DNA of 64,000 bases from Balanoglossus misakiensis (Eukaryota; Animalia; Hemichordata): assembly GCA_040954595.2 (NCBI GenBank), contig CM082579.2, forward strand, positions 430,922 to 494,921, written 5' to 3'. The stretch's first letter is position 1. The number at the start of each line of letters is the position of its first letter. Made by a program: the position numbers and the translations under genes. Shown in pieces: positions 44,481-56,862 of this stretch. The notes below the pieces were generated by a model, which was not told the DNA's origin, searched no databases, and saw only the letters and a list, made by a program, of their open reading frames with translations.

Positions 44481-44640
44481 CTCGCTCGACGTCGACTGCA
44501 CGTTATGTCGTCACACTGAAATTTACATAACAAAGACGCAAACCCGGAAGAGGAGGAACGGTTTCCACAATCAGCTGACACACATAAACACTGTCGATTG
44601 CAGATCTGCAACTGGTGAAATAGGCTATAGGTACTGTATA
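44470..44640. promoter_or_regulatory. Bidirectional CpG-rich promoter shared by FRMPD4 and PRCP
   Basis: Local CpG cluster, CCGGAAG (ETS) near 44544, CGTCA half-CRE near 44509. Candidate PRCP 5'UTR intron 44631-44774 (ag|gtactg ... ttacag). Confidence 0.6.
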
Positions 44641-44800
44641 TGCAAACTTTATCACTTTTCTTTTTATATTCTCGGGACTCAAACTGTTGTGAAACATTGC
44701 ATGCATATAGTAGATGCACATTATTTAGTGATTTGTCGATTACCTATCTTTCAATTTATTCTCTACACTTACAGAGAAAGTTGTGAACTCGGAAATTAAA

Positions 44801-47800
44801 ATGTCTTGTCGATATTTTGGTGTGTTTTTGTGGGCCGTTCTACACATCGCCCACTCACCGTGCAACACCTTCAAGATACCAACCATAACAAATTCACATT
44901 TTCCACGACCGACAAAATCAAATCCAAGTGGTTACAGCTATAAGACGGAGTATTTTAAACAAAAGGTAATACTTTTCTAGTATTTACAATCTATTGCAGG
45001 TAGTCTATTAAAAGGGGCGTTGTATTTGTATGTTTATAGTACATGTATGTATCATGCAAAACACTTCCGTCATTCCCAAGGCCAGGGTATAAAGTTTTTT
45101 ATTAAATTGTATTTTATTTATTGCCATTTTTTCATATTTGTATTTCATCATGTGCAACTTTATTACTTTGTAGGAACAAATATTATCGTATAATGTCAAT
45201 ATTTTGATAACAATTTCATTACAATTTTGCCTGTCACATGTTTTCTTACTATTCAGATATACTTTGTTATTAATTTCAGGTTGATCATTTCAACTTTGCC
45301 AATGATGATGTCTATTCTCAGAGATACTTGGTGGCTGATCAGTTTTGGGATGCTGATAACAGCGCTCCTATTTTCTTCTATGCTGGGAATGAAGGAGACA
45401 TTTCATGGTTCTGCAACAACACAGTATGATCAGTTGATTTTCAATTTCTATTATTAGATCCAGCATTGAGGTGTTTCCATTTCCTCCCCTACATGTTCAG
45501 ACTTTCCATGTTTCCTGTTGATAGAATAACTTTACCAAGTTTGGAAGGATGTTATATACAGGTTTCAACCCTGCAATTGTATTTTATCCTTGCAGGGTTT
45601 TATGTGGGACATTGCTCCAGAGTTCAAAGCTATGCTAGTATTTGCTGAACACAGATATTATGGTGAATCCCTGCCATATGGGAATGACTCTTATAAGGTA
45701 AGGAAATGGAATTTTAGAAATTTATGATGTGAATGTTGACTTAAATCAGAATACATCAGTAACTCATTTGATTTTATTTTTTTGGTCAGGATCCTGCACA
45801 CCTTGGGTATCTCACATCAGAGCAAGCCTTGGCTGATTTTGCCAATTTGATTGTAAACATGAAATCAACAATACCTGGGGCAGCAAAAAGTCCTGTTGTA
45901 GCATTTGGTGGATCTTATGGTGGTATGCTGGCGGCCTGGTTTAGGATGAAATATCCTAACATTGTCATTGGGTATGAAAACAAAGATTTCAGATGAAATA
46001 TTTTTCCCCAACAGTAAGATTAAAAGTGAACAAACTTTTATTTTGTGGCATCCCTGAATAAATTTATTCATATACTGATGTGGATCTGACTAAAATTTTC
46101 GAATTATAAATACTTGTTGGTAAATATTCCAACACATTTTTCCTGTTGTGTTTCCTGTTTCTCTTTTCAGGGCCTTGGCTGCATCTGCACCAATCTGGCA
46201 ATTTCCGGGCTTGGCACCCTGCAACACCTTTGTTACCACGGCAACACAAGATTTCAAGAAAGAAGGCAAGGAGTGTCCAAAGTCAATCCGCAAATCATGG
46301 GATGTTTTGGACAGAATGAAAGATTCAGGTATCTGTATGATTTTACGCATTTAAAATGTTATTATGATGAAATTGTGAATCGCAATTACATCTCTCAAGC
46401 AGAAAACCAGGATAAGTCACATGTGGATAACTGAAGACTTTTAGAAAGAGGGTTGTCAGGACTTCATGTATTTAATCTGATGATAAACAAGCAAGTTTAG
46501 TACATTTATTACTGTGTGCCTTCAAATCTAATGAAAATGTAAAATTGTAGTTTTTGGTCACATTTAATCAACAGAAAAGGATCGTGCATGGTTGACAGAA
46601 ACATTTCAAGTGTGTGATCCTTTGAAGACAGCTTCAGATGTTGATATGTTGGCAGACTGGTTGTATGAGACTTGGGGTAACCTAGCAATGGTGGATTATC
46701 CATATCCAGCTTCATTCTTAGAACCACTTCCGGCATGGCCAATCAAGGTATATGCACATCTGGTATTTCTATAAAAAAAATCTCGGATTTGCCTAATACT
46801 TCTTACATTACTGTACAAGATAGCATATCGTTATAGTTTTGTTTTATTGTTTAGAAAAGGCTTGAATGTCTTTTCAAGCACACATTGATGGTATCGTGTT
46901 TGCTCTTGATAGGTCACATGTTCTTACTTGACCAATAGCAGTGTTCCTGACAGAGAGTTGCTAGGCAACATAGCCCAGGCAGTGGGTGTCTATTACAACT
47001 ACACTGGTCAAGTGACCAAGTGTTTCAACATTTCACAAACAGCAGTGTCTAGTCTTGGTGATATGGGATGGGGTTTCCAGGTAAATATTACATCATTACT
47101 TGTTGACTATTGCTCCTTTTGGTAGAGTACATATTTTGAGACCTTCTATGCTACGCTGTATGGTGATGTACTACAGTACTTGAACAGTGCCCAAACTTTG
47201 GTTTAAGTTATTGATATACTGATGTTGTGTTGTGCCTTTTTGCTCACACATCTTGTTTACCATTTGACCTTGCAGGCATGCTCTGAAATGGTAATGCCAT
47301 TTTGTTCAGATGGAGTCAATGACATGTTTTCACCATCAAAATGGGATTTTGAAGCATATGCCAAAAATTGTAAAAAGACGTGGGGTGTGACACCAAGCCA
47401 AAACTGGACAAAAATTCTCTATGGTGGGAAAGACATACAAGCTGCAAGCAATATCATTTTCAGGTAATATAAACTGCTTCACACATTTTTCAGTGATGAT
47501 CTATTATTAAAGCCATGAAAATAGCAAGAATTATTTCAAAATTCACAACTACACTTGTTGTTTGCTACGATTTGTAGCTTGGTCTGATTGGCTACTCCAA
47601 GTAAGACTGCTACTAGCGCATGGCTGATTATTCTGTGTCTACAGAAGCTGTGGGGAATTTTAGAAAATATATGAATTTGTCCACATCTCCCTCCCCACTA
47701 TTTCTCTATTTCCTTCTCTATTTCCGTCTCTGTCTGTCTATCAAACTACCTAGCAATGGTGACCTAGACCCATGGTCTGGTGGTGGAGTGCTTCAGTCTC

Positions 47801-47952
47801 TCTCTGAGTCCCTAGTCGCCATAGTGATCAAAGATGGTGCCCACCATCTTGATTTGAGATCCAGTAACAAAGATGATCCGCCATCAGTGGTGAATGCCAG
47901 ACAACAAGAAATAGACATCATCAGGAAATGGATTCAGCAAGCCCAACACTGA
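44801..47952 (+). CDS. PRCP: Lysosomal Pro-X carboxypeptidase (peptidase S28), 492 aa
   Basis: Exons 44801-44965, 45280-45423, 45596-45697, 45790-45971, 46171-46328, 46575-46747, 46913-47080, 47276-47463, 47754-47952 (1479 nt). Signal-peptide-like start; FFYAGNEGDI, AEHRYYGESLP, GGSYGG (catalytic Ser), AMVDYPY, SNGDLDPW (Asp), GAHHLDLR (His). AATAAA at 48162. DPP7 is the related alternative, but the motifs fit PRCP better. Confidence 0.93.
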
Positions 47953-48359
47953 TGACACTGACAAGTTCTTTTAACCATGATTGTATTTGGCAGAATTGTA
48001 TTGGCCTTTCAGAGTTTTATCATGTTGTGATATATTCATACAAGATTGAATGTGATTTTCAGCAGATTACATTCAGACAAAAAATCATTCCAACTTTAAT
48101 ACAAGACCTGGAACAGTTTTTTTTACTTCTAGATGTTTTGTACTTTTGCAATATGATAAGCAATAAAGTCATTTTAACATCTGACCACAAGGCATCAAGT
48201 ATTTTTAACCCTTTTGCTACCAAAAATGCTATCAATGCTGTCAAGCTTCCAAGATAAAACCATAACACGGCATAAGGCAGTAGAGGTGAAATGTAAATGG
48301 TAAACAAGAACAAAAATATCTGATTAGAAAAGGGGCATATATAAAAACAAGTGTATGTC

Positions 48360-48470
48360 CCATTCCCACCGCTGGCTGCGCTTTAGCGTAGTGCAGCCAG
48401 AGGTGAGAAATTCCCAACTAACATTGCGAACCTCGATGACGTCATTATTTAAGATGGCCGACGATTTATA
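48360..48470 (+). promoter_or_regulatory. SCOC promoter/5' end: hairpin, full CRE, YY1-like motif
   Basis: Inverted repeat at 48367-48405, TGACGTCA at 48437-48444, AAGATGGCCG at 48451-48460. Confidence 0.5.
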
Positions 48471-48776
48471 GGAAGAGTCCCTTTCATCGTAGACCTTTTG
48501 TGAAAATACTGATTATTTAGTGATTTTATATGTTTACTCGAAGGTAGTTTTTCCAAAATACCCCCTTGTCCGCCGTGAACAGGCAGATTGAAGGTTCGGT
48601 TGAGTTGTGAGGTTGTAGACATAGAATCGAAGCGCGACTGTCTCTGTCAGTCCAGAGCCTGTAAAGAAAGTGTAATTGGACAGCGCATACAAAATAGGCA
48701 GCAGTGCGATCTTGTTGTCGAAGGGGTAATTGAACGACGTTTTCTGCTGATTCATAAGGTTGATGGTATTAATCCC

Positions 48777-49385
48777 ATGTTCAAGGATATAATGAGTGGT
48801 GACAACATGTACAACGTATCGCTATCTGACGAGGGTGATCATGGTGAGTACATGTAGTACATTGTAATTGAAGAAACAATTTTTACGCCTTTAAAGTTTA
48901 ATTGTCACTGTTGTTTACTAGTCATCAGAGAGACATCTTTGCATTTTTAGTCTTTGAATATTTTTAGGAGAAACCCAAATGATGAGACAGAGTGCAAGTA
49001 TGGGAAGTAGTCAGTTTGCAAGTACACCAAGCAGCATATGCAGTGATGACAAACTGACAGATGATGAAGCTGAAGAGAAAGCACGTTTGATCTGTCAAGT
49101 CTTGGAACTACAAAACACTCTTGATGGTAAGCTTTCAGCACTTGTCATCAGTAGAATTGGAGATCAGAAAATGAACTTGTCGGATAGTGAGCAATCGATA
49201 CTTTGCTGGGTCTAAGACATTATGCCTTTCTTTCTTTCTAAGATTTATCTGCTCGTGTTGACGCAGTAAAAGAAGAAAATCTGAAGTTGAAATCAGAGAA
49301 TCAAGTGCTTGGTCAATACATTGAGAATTTAATGTCAGCATCCAGTGTGTTCCAGACAACATCACCTAAAAGCAAGAAGAAGTGA
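48777..49385 (+). CDS. SCOC: Short coiled-coil protein, 122 aa
   Basis: Exons 48777-48843, 48968-49126, 49243-49385. [65 protein letters not shown] is near-identical to the SCOC/UNC-69 coiled coil. Start codon choice (48777 vs a downstream Met) is less certain. Confidence 0.95.
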
Positions 49386-51506
49386 ACAGAAATGTGTAAG
49401 TCGAACTCAGTATCTGTTGTCCAAATTTATATAGCTACAAACAAACTAGTACTTTTGAGTGAAAATGACTATTCCTTTGCATTTAACTTTTAAATACATT
49501 TTGATTGTTATTCTTTATTGCAGGGCATATGGAAAGACTGCCATGGGCTAGCAAGTATTTGTTTGACTGCTGTCATCAAAGATCAGAATGAAAGTACAAG
49601 AACTGAAGAGTGCCATATGAGGATTTAACTACTTATTGACACAAAGCACCAATTCATGCACTTTGTGTTTCTATTACATGTTGTTAGAGTGTGCTTCCAT
49701 TTTGTCTTTGATCAACTTGTCACTCAGTATGAAAGATACTTTTACCAAAAATGTGCAATATTTGTCCCAAATTTGTTTTGTCCTCATTTGAATTGAAAGT
49801 GTAAACTGTCCAATGACTTAGTGTTGCTCTAATGTAACCAGCCAGGCTAAGCGTAATACAGTGATTTTCCAAGATGGTTTTTAGTGATGTTAACTATTGT
49901 GCATTCAGTCACACCTGCCGACTTCAATTATGAATATATATAATCGTGTAATTATTTCTTGTCACTGTTTTATCAGTACTGACAATCATGTATTACCCAT
50001 ACTTCCAAAAATGAGTGATGTCATGATTTACAAATTCCGACTCATCTGTTGTCAGTGCCATTTGCCCACTCGTAAATAACAATCATGAACTCCTCAATTT
50101 CTACAATTGCATTTTTTTACGTTGACAAATTTCATTGTACTCGAAAATTTAGATGTTACTTTTTATATGCAGCAAGATAACTTATTGTGTTTGACCTGAA
50201 ATTTTGATGATGTTGTGATTTTTTTGAGACCAAGATTCATGCACATTTGTGTAAGTGCTGGCGGTAGACACATCACACTGCTTTGTCTTGGCCGAACAAC
50301 CAAAGTCTAACTTATTTCTTGCCAGGACTTACCACTGTACTCTTGGATTTATAATAGGGGACTCTTTCCTGCTTAATAACATTTTGAAGCATAACAGTTG
50401 CTGCCTTTGGATATCATTGATCTGTTGTATATCCAGTTGTGATGGTGATCAGCAACATTCCACAAAACATAGCATAGTAATCATAATTTTTTCTGTTTTA
50501 AGAGAAAGGGCATTTACTCTTCTTGCCAGAAGTGTCAGTTCTGTTGGCAACCCAGAAATAGACAACGCTGCACTGAATTTGAAAGACTGTTACTCATGGC
50601 AACCATTTTGTAGAATTCTGTTGATTTCTTCTAAAATTTGCTCGCCAAAAATGCCACTGATTTTGTTTCACTCTATTTATGCATAGCATAGATGATGTGA
50701 GCACAAGGCAAACGTCGAACGCACTTCTAATATAACAGAAGATGTAAGATTCACCTTAAGCAATCGACATTTTACTTTCTATGAAGTGGCATTTTCAAAT
50801 CTTACAATATTGAGAATCTTTGAAATCAAGTTATATTAAATCTGCACTTTAATTTCACTCTCATATCAAAGTTGACTCAATCCTAGTATATCAAGCTAGT
50901 TTCATCATCAGTGCACCAAGAATCCAGGATATTAAATGTAATCATTGACTATTCTAGTAAAAGTAACTCTTAAAAGCAAATAAGTTTTGTATGCCTTTAT
51001 TTATTATGTACACATTATGCAACAAATAAAATCATTAATGTCCCATTATCACCTGTGTATCAATTCTTATCTTAGAATTTCCCCCACATATAAAGTCTGG
51101 TTGCTCTTCAATTTGTAAACTTGAAAAACTCAAAAATTAAAAAGCTTGTGCCTCATATTCCATACTGTGTAGTTTATCAGAATTATATTATTCCAATCCA
51201 AACTTAAACCATACATCTCTATCTTGATTGTAACTTAACTTTCAAGGATTTTGAAAAACTATTACGAATACCCTTTTCTTCAAATTGATTCAACAAACTC
51301 ATGCCCAATTATTCATGCCGTTTAGCTTGAAATCCCATCCCATCCAAATATGGCTTAGAGCAATCCAAATATATATACAATAACTAGACAATACACATTG
51401 ACTGGACAACGTTTGTTTTCAGCTAGCAATCTGGATCGACCATTAAACTTGTGAGCATGCAAAGATGTTGAAATGTCCTTTGATGTTGGCGAATATCCCA
51501 GTTCCA

Positions 51507-53454
51507 CTACAGCACTCTGTACGCATAAAAATCCATAAGTCCTTTACTCCAGTTCCATCCCATCACAAGTGACATTACATAGATGGACATAACAACCAAC
51601 ATCGATGGGTACAACAAAACAACCGTCTTCTTCAGGAAAGGCAATGCTGTGAAGTGAACAGAATATGACAGGGTTAAAAATTGCAACAACAAAAAAGGTC
51701 AATATCACATCTGCTTATTGTAGTTGTATAGGTAAATTCTCTGAATGGTCAGGGTCAGAGATGGAAGGCAATATTTCAATACTCACCACTGTATCCCAGG
51801 AATGTGATGTAAATATAATAGCTAAGAGCAATGAGCCACAGAGTATTCCCAATAAAGTAAGAAATGAACCAATCATGGGCAATTACAGCTGGAAATATAA
51901 AAGTGTATGATGTAAGTGCATAGAAGAGGAGTCTGGTGTCAATGAGAGTTTCTCAGTCAAGACAAATGTAGTGTTTTTTATCATATCACACTGCCAGGTC
52001 TACTGTCATTGATACTTTGGAGAGTTTCAGTTTACAGTGGTGGATTTCGTGAAATCTCTGTTGACAGTTGTGACCATCAAAGAGGGCTGACAGTACCTAA
52101 CAATCTTGGCGTCTTTGTGACAATCTAATGCAAAGAGAGAATGCGCCATGGTTACTTACGTTTGAGTAAAAACAGCTGAAGGAAATGTAGTATCATGAGA
52201 AGTGGAAAAAAGGCATTCAAATGAACATCAAATGCATATCCCCATTCTACATCCTGTGGTGTAGCACTGCTTGAACTCCTCAAGTATTTGTTGGTCAAAA
52301 ACCTGAAATTGACAGCATGTGTAGCATTAAGAACATGCCATTGTTAATTGGCACATGAACTTCAAAACTCTCTGTCTCTATTTGCTACATTGGTGTTGTT
52401 CTCTGCAATACACTGATGCTCCCTGGTAGGGAAGAGGGTTACCATAGCATTGTGGAGCAAAACTGGTCAGTTACAGATCTTGCTCGACTTTACATCACAG
52501 TTCATCTTGCAGCTGAGAAGGATGGTGATCTCACACACAGAAACAGGTGATGTCACACACATAAAGAGGTGATGTCACACACAGAAACAGGTGACTTACC
52601 ACAGCAGACTGGCAATAAGCAAACCAACTCCAATGCAGTCAACAAACACAACCCAGAGTAAAAATTTAAAGAAAGCCAGGACATGAAGTTTCAAGACAAT
52701 GGCAAAGCCAATTGATGAGACTGAAAAAGAAAAAAGAAAAACTGAATCTGTGAGGTGAAAACTTACAATCACTTCAAACAGGCAACTACTGAATATATTA
52801 TTATACTAAATATAAACAATAACATATTTACCACAGAGACAGACACTGAGGAGGACAAGGAATGCTGGATCATCACGAGCCCATTGGTCTTTTGTCTCTG
52901 GAAACAAACAATAACATGAGAATAAGTGAATTGTGAGTAACATAGCAGTCTGTCATATCCTTAGAGAGCATGTTCGTATTGCCATCCAGGTTGAAATTGT
53001 TGTAGCATTTGTATTCATCATGATTTGATTTACACTTACGTTTTCTGTACTGAAAATTTCTGTACCTGCAAGTGTAAAGGGAAGATGATCAAAATTAAGG
53101 ATTATTACATACAACTTTTTACACCTGAGGTAAATGGTGGCTTACTTGATGACTGGACAACATATCAGGGAAAGCAGGTTTATATTTGCATTTTAATCTG
53201 CTTAACATGTATCAGTACTCAAATAAGAAATACACGTCCCAAACTTACACTTTTTGTGGTGAAATAAATAAATATAGCATCTGCCAGAGAGCAAATTCAA
53301 AGTCCATTTGCTGGAACTTGAATATCCTGCGCAGATACTTTTGTCTCTTTCCTCCGGCAGTATGACTTGCTTGTAGTCTGGGATTATTCACACCAGTTGG
53401 ACTGGGTGGCGGTGACGTTTCAACTTTGTGCAGCAACATTGAATTAGTCAGCAT
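51507..53454 (-). CDS. UNC50: Protein unc-50 homolog (multi-pass Golgi membrane protein), 267 aa
   Basis: Exons 53454-53249, 53065-53040, 52897-52832, 52720-52600, 52302-52160, 51888-51787, 51646-51507 (804 nt). Motifs KYLRRIFKFQQMDFEFALWQM, YRNFQYRKQTKDQWARDDPAFLVLL, DVEWGYAFDVHLNAFFP, YYIYITFLGYSALPFL. Confidence 0.96.
52524..52599. repeat. 22-bp tandem repeat (3 copies plus a partial) next to a UNC50 splice donor
   Basis: ggtgatctcacacacagaaaca / ggtgatgtcacacacataaaga / ggtgatgtcacacacagaaaca / ggtga. Confidence 0.85.
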
Positions 53455-54179
53455 ATTCTATAACAGAAAATGGTAGTCAAATACACCTGACCAGATTTAC
53501 GTTCACAATATATTGAATTAGCCAACACATGTATTTCACTTATCTTCCTTTATACGCCCTGCAACTTTCCATACAAATTGTTAAAAAAAATAAAACTGAT
53601 ATTGTTACTCTCAATAAATTTTCTATGGACGGTACCTTAAACATTCCAATATTAAGTCCACTGTTACCAGCGGTTTAAACTACTGCATCACACTCATCAT
53701 CATCTTGTTTACAGTTGGATGATGCAGTGAAATTGTACAGCTGCGTGAGATGATGAAGAGCAAAACAGTGCTGGCCTGGGTTTGTCGTTATACCATAGGT
53801 ACACTGCACATTTACAACATGAACACCCATTTTGCTCAAGAACGACTTGTTAACAAACATTTTTCTGTTCAATTTTTATGCAAATGCCCTCAAATTATCA
53901 CGAACGACAAATTTATTAGCTGTCTACTGTCTCTCTTTAATTTTCTCATCATACAGTGTACAGTAGTCAGTACACTATGCAGGAGAGCAGTGATTGAGAA
54001 ACCAAAAATGTGTGTGGTGAACAACTGTGCTAGCAAACTCACCTCCAGGCGTAAATTTTTCTCTGTCACTTTTCTCGTGTGTAGTCTTGATAATAATGAT
54101 TGTTCATCGGTGGGTGACCCACTTTATACTTGATGTACTGTTTATCAACTCAACGAAAACTTAAAGAAATGGTACAGCA

Positions 54180-54520
54180 CTTCCTTTCTGCACTGTGTTG
54201 ACGTGTTGAATAAATATGCCTCATCTGCGCACATATTTCACGCATTACCCGATATTCGTCATCCAAAATGGCTGCCTACATGTTGTCGAACTGGTTTCCG
54301 AAAGATTGAAGAGGTTTAGAGGCCGCGTATACAGCAAAATCAGGTGGATACCCACCGCCCATCCACGGTATTATCAAGCATTTCAGATCGATAGTGCAAT
54401 CGTCTCCTTCTATTGCAACATTCTGTATATCATCATCCGCAACGAACGTCGAAGTTCGTTGACGTCAAGTTTCATCTTTCTTGGTTTGTTTATGTGCGTA
54501 CAGATCACTTACACAATAGC
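54180..54520. promoter_or_regulatory. Bidirectional promoter shared by UNC50 and COA5
   Basis: CpG-rich; CAAAATGGC (YY1-like) near 54264; TGACGTCA at 54460-54467; UNC50 5'UTR donor (GAG|GTGAGT, minus strand) near 54042. Confidence 0.6.
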
Positions 54521-54523
54521 AAA

Positions 54524-55057
54524 ATGCCTAAATACTGGGACGAACGGCCCGAATTAGAAGATCACAGACCTTGTGCCGCTGTGAGAGAAGATCTCAAAAA
54601 CTGTCTACTGGCAAGTGACTGTGTAAGAAAGGTAAGGCATGGACATGGTTCGTACGAATTGAACGTTTAGTCTTAACGCTAGAGGGCAGCCTACAATGTC
54701 CTGTTTCATTAACACATGTATGTTTCTGTGTCCCATTGCAGGATGGCAAAACACCAAAGGAATGTCTGAAATCGGGTCTTATAGATACAGAGTGTAATGC
54801 ACTTCGTGTTGCTTTCTTTGAATGTAAAAGATCACTGGTAAGTCAACATTCATTTGTTTATGATCAACTGGAATAATTGGCAATCTACCTGGAAGGGATT
54901 TATTATAAATCCTCCATGAAGGGGAGCTATCATATGATTATATTGTAGGTTGTCTTGTAGTTCTGAGATTTATCTTGTCTTGTGTTTACTGAAGACTTAT
55001 TCATTTTTTCTGTAGCTTGACAACAGAACCAGATTCAGAGGTCGGAAAGGATACTGA
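54524..55057 (+). CDS. COA5: Cytochrome c oxidase assembly factor 5 (Pet191 family), 81 aa
   Basis: Exons 54524-54631, 54742-54837, 55016-55057: MPKYWDERPELEDHRPCAAVREDLKNCLLASDCVRKDGKTPKECLKSGLIDTECNALRVAFFECKRSLLDNRTRFRGRKGY. Twin CX9C pattern and the RFRGRKGY C-terminus. Confidence 0.96.
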
Positions 55058-56862
55058 AACAAGGCCATGAGAAGTAATAGCTGAGAGTCAGAACAGCTTC
55101 AAAGATCCTGTGAAAACCCTTTGGTTGAAATAATTATAAACCGTTTCAATAATGCAAACTGAATTCTTCAGTTTTTATCTTCCACCACTTGCTGTGAAGT
55201 GCCTTCAGTGAAGGAGAGCATTGTATGTTGTGACGTGACAGCAAAATACACTCTTGGGTTTTCATTAAACTTCTTTATTACAAACAAAGTGTGTAACAAA
55301 TTGACTTGAGCATTTCATGAAAAATTTCGATAATATTGCACGTCAGTTTTAAATCAAGAAGCATGTGGTGAATATTGGTCTTAAAGCCAGTAGTCATGGT
55401 TACTGACAGGAAAATAATAAGGAATCTACATAATCTGCAAATCTCTGGTAAAAGGGAAAGTGTTGTAATGGGTTTCATGACTCAGGCTCACTCAGGGAAA
55501 TCACTCTCTTTTGGCACAAATCAAATGTTTCACTCTGAGTAGAATAATATATGTGTAAAACTCTAGGGAATTTGTAATACACAAATGTAATTATCAAAAT
55601 GGACAAATCAAGATCTCCAGAACAGGTTAATACATCTTAAAGAAAACTCACTCCAAAGATGGCTCTTGGCATCAGCCTGCACCTAGATAAACAAATTCAC
55701 TGCTGGTTCATATGAAGTATGTACACAAATTAAAACTACAGGAAATGATCGACATCATCAATAATATTTTCACCAATACAGATTAACTGTATTGAAAAAC
55801 AATCACACACAATATAGCACCATGATATACTGTGACACACATGAATGCAAATATAGACACATTTTACATATCGATCAACATTTAGTGTTGTGCAACCACA
55901 CACACATTATGGGTGTGAGCAGGAACAATGCATGGATCTTTTGACATTTTTGGCTAATATTAGCATTTAGTGGAAATACATCCAGTAAACTCTATGATGT
56001 TTTTTTTTTTCTTTTCAAAATTTTCAAGCAGCTGTTTTGGTTAATCAGTTGCACAATGCTTCATTGTGTGTTCTGAAATTACCAATTCAAATGGTTGGTT
56101 TAGTGAAAAGATTACAATATGCATATTATATATTTTAGCTTGACAAGACACGCATGCAAGAGGTCAACATTGAAAGGATTAATGCCGAGTTAAAAATAGC
56201 AATACTAACTAGTAACAAGAAAACAAAAAAATTGAAGATAAAAATATACTGCATTAGTTTAAAGCTTGAAATAATGTTATGCACTGATATACAATAATTT
56301 GTGACCAGTGGATATGTGAGCTGCCAACAGAAATAGAAAGCCAGTCTGTGTTAAGACCATTAGTCCAATATATATCAGCAGGGACCAAGCTATCAATAAT
56401 AGATCAATTATTTTTTAGCAAGGATAAAGATTTTCAAAACCACTAAATTAGCAGAAGTCGACTGCAGTTACATCTTTGCCTGTTATGCATGATATGCAAA
56501 TTAAACATACTATTTGGGTGGGAATAATGTTAAATATTGCCTGCAATATATGAGCAGTCAAAATAATTGCCACAAAGTACTTGCATATCAAAGGGCACGG
56601 CAAACAGGCTTTACTCTTGGTAAATGTCTATAAGTACTTGTTTTCACAAGTTTTTGATGGAGTCACCAATCTTTGTACTTCCATCTCAAGATGTGGCACA
56701 TAAATCAAATGATTCCTGGTTAAGATGACTCGCTTGTGGAAACAGAAGTGAACAAGTTTGTTCTATATCCTGTATCTTCTTAGTCAGCTGCATCAACCTT
56801 CATAAGTTCATCCAGCGATGGATAGTTAAACTCTTGATAGCGAATAAGCACAACAACTATCA

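Noticed and set aside
48588-48776. Non-AUG N-terminal extension of SCOC
   Set aside because: The frame is open but has no ATG and no similarity I recognise; the 122-aa model already matches the family size.
50255-50686. 143-aa plus-strand ORF after SCOC
   Set aside because: GTG start, no motifs, and it lies within the inferred SCOC 3'UTR.
52524-52599. CRISPR-like repeat array
   Set aside because: The units are contiguous with no spacers, there are no cas genes, and it sits in a eukaryotic intron.
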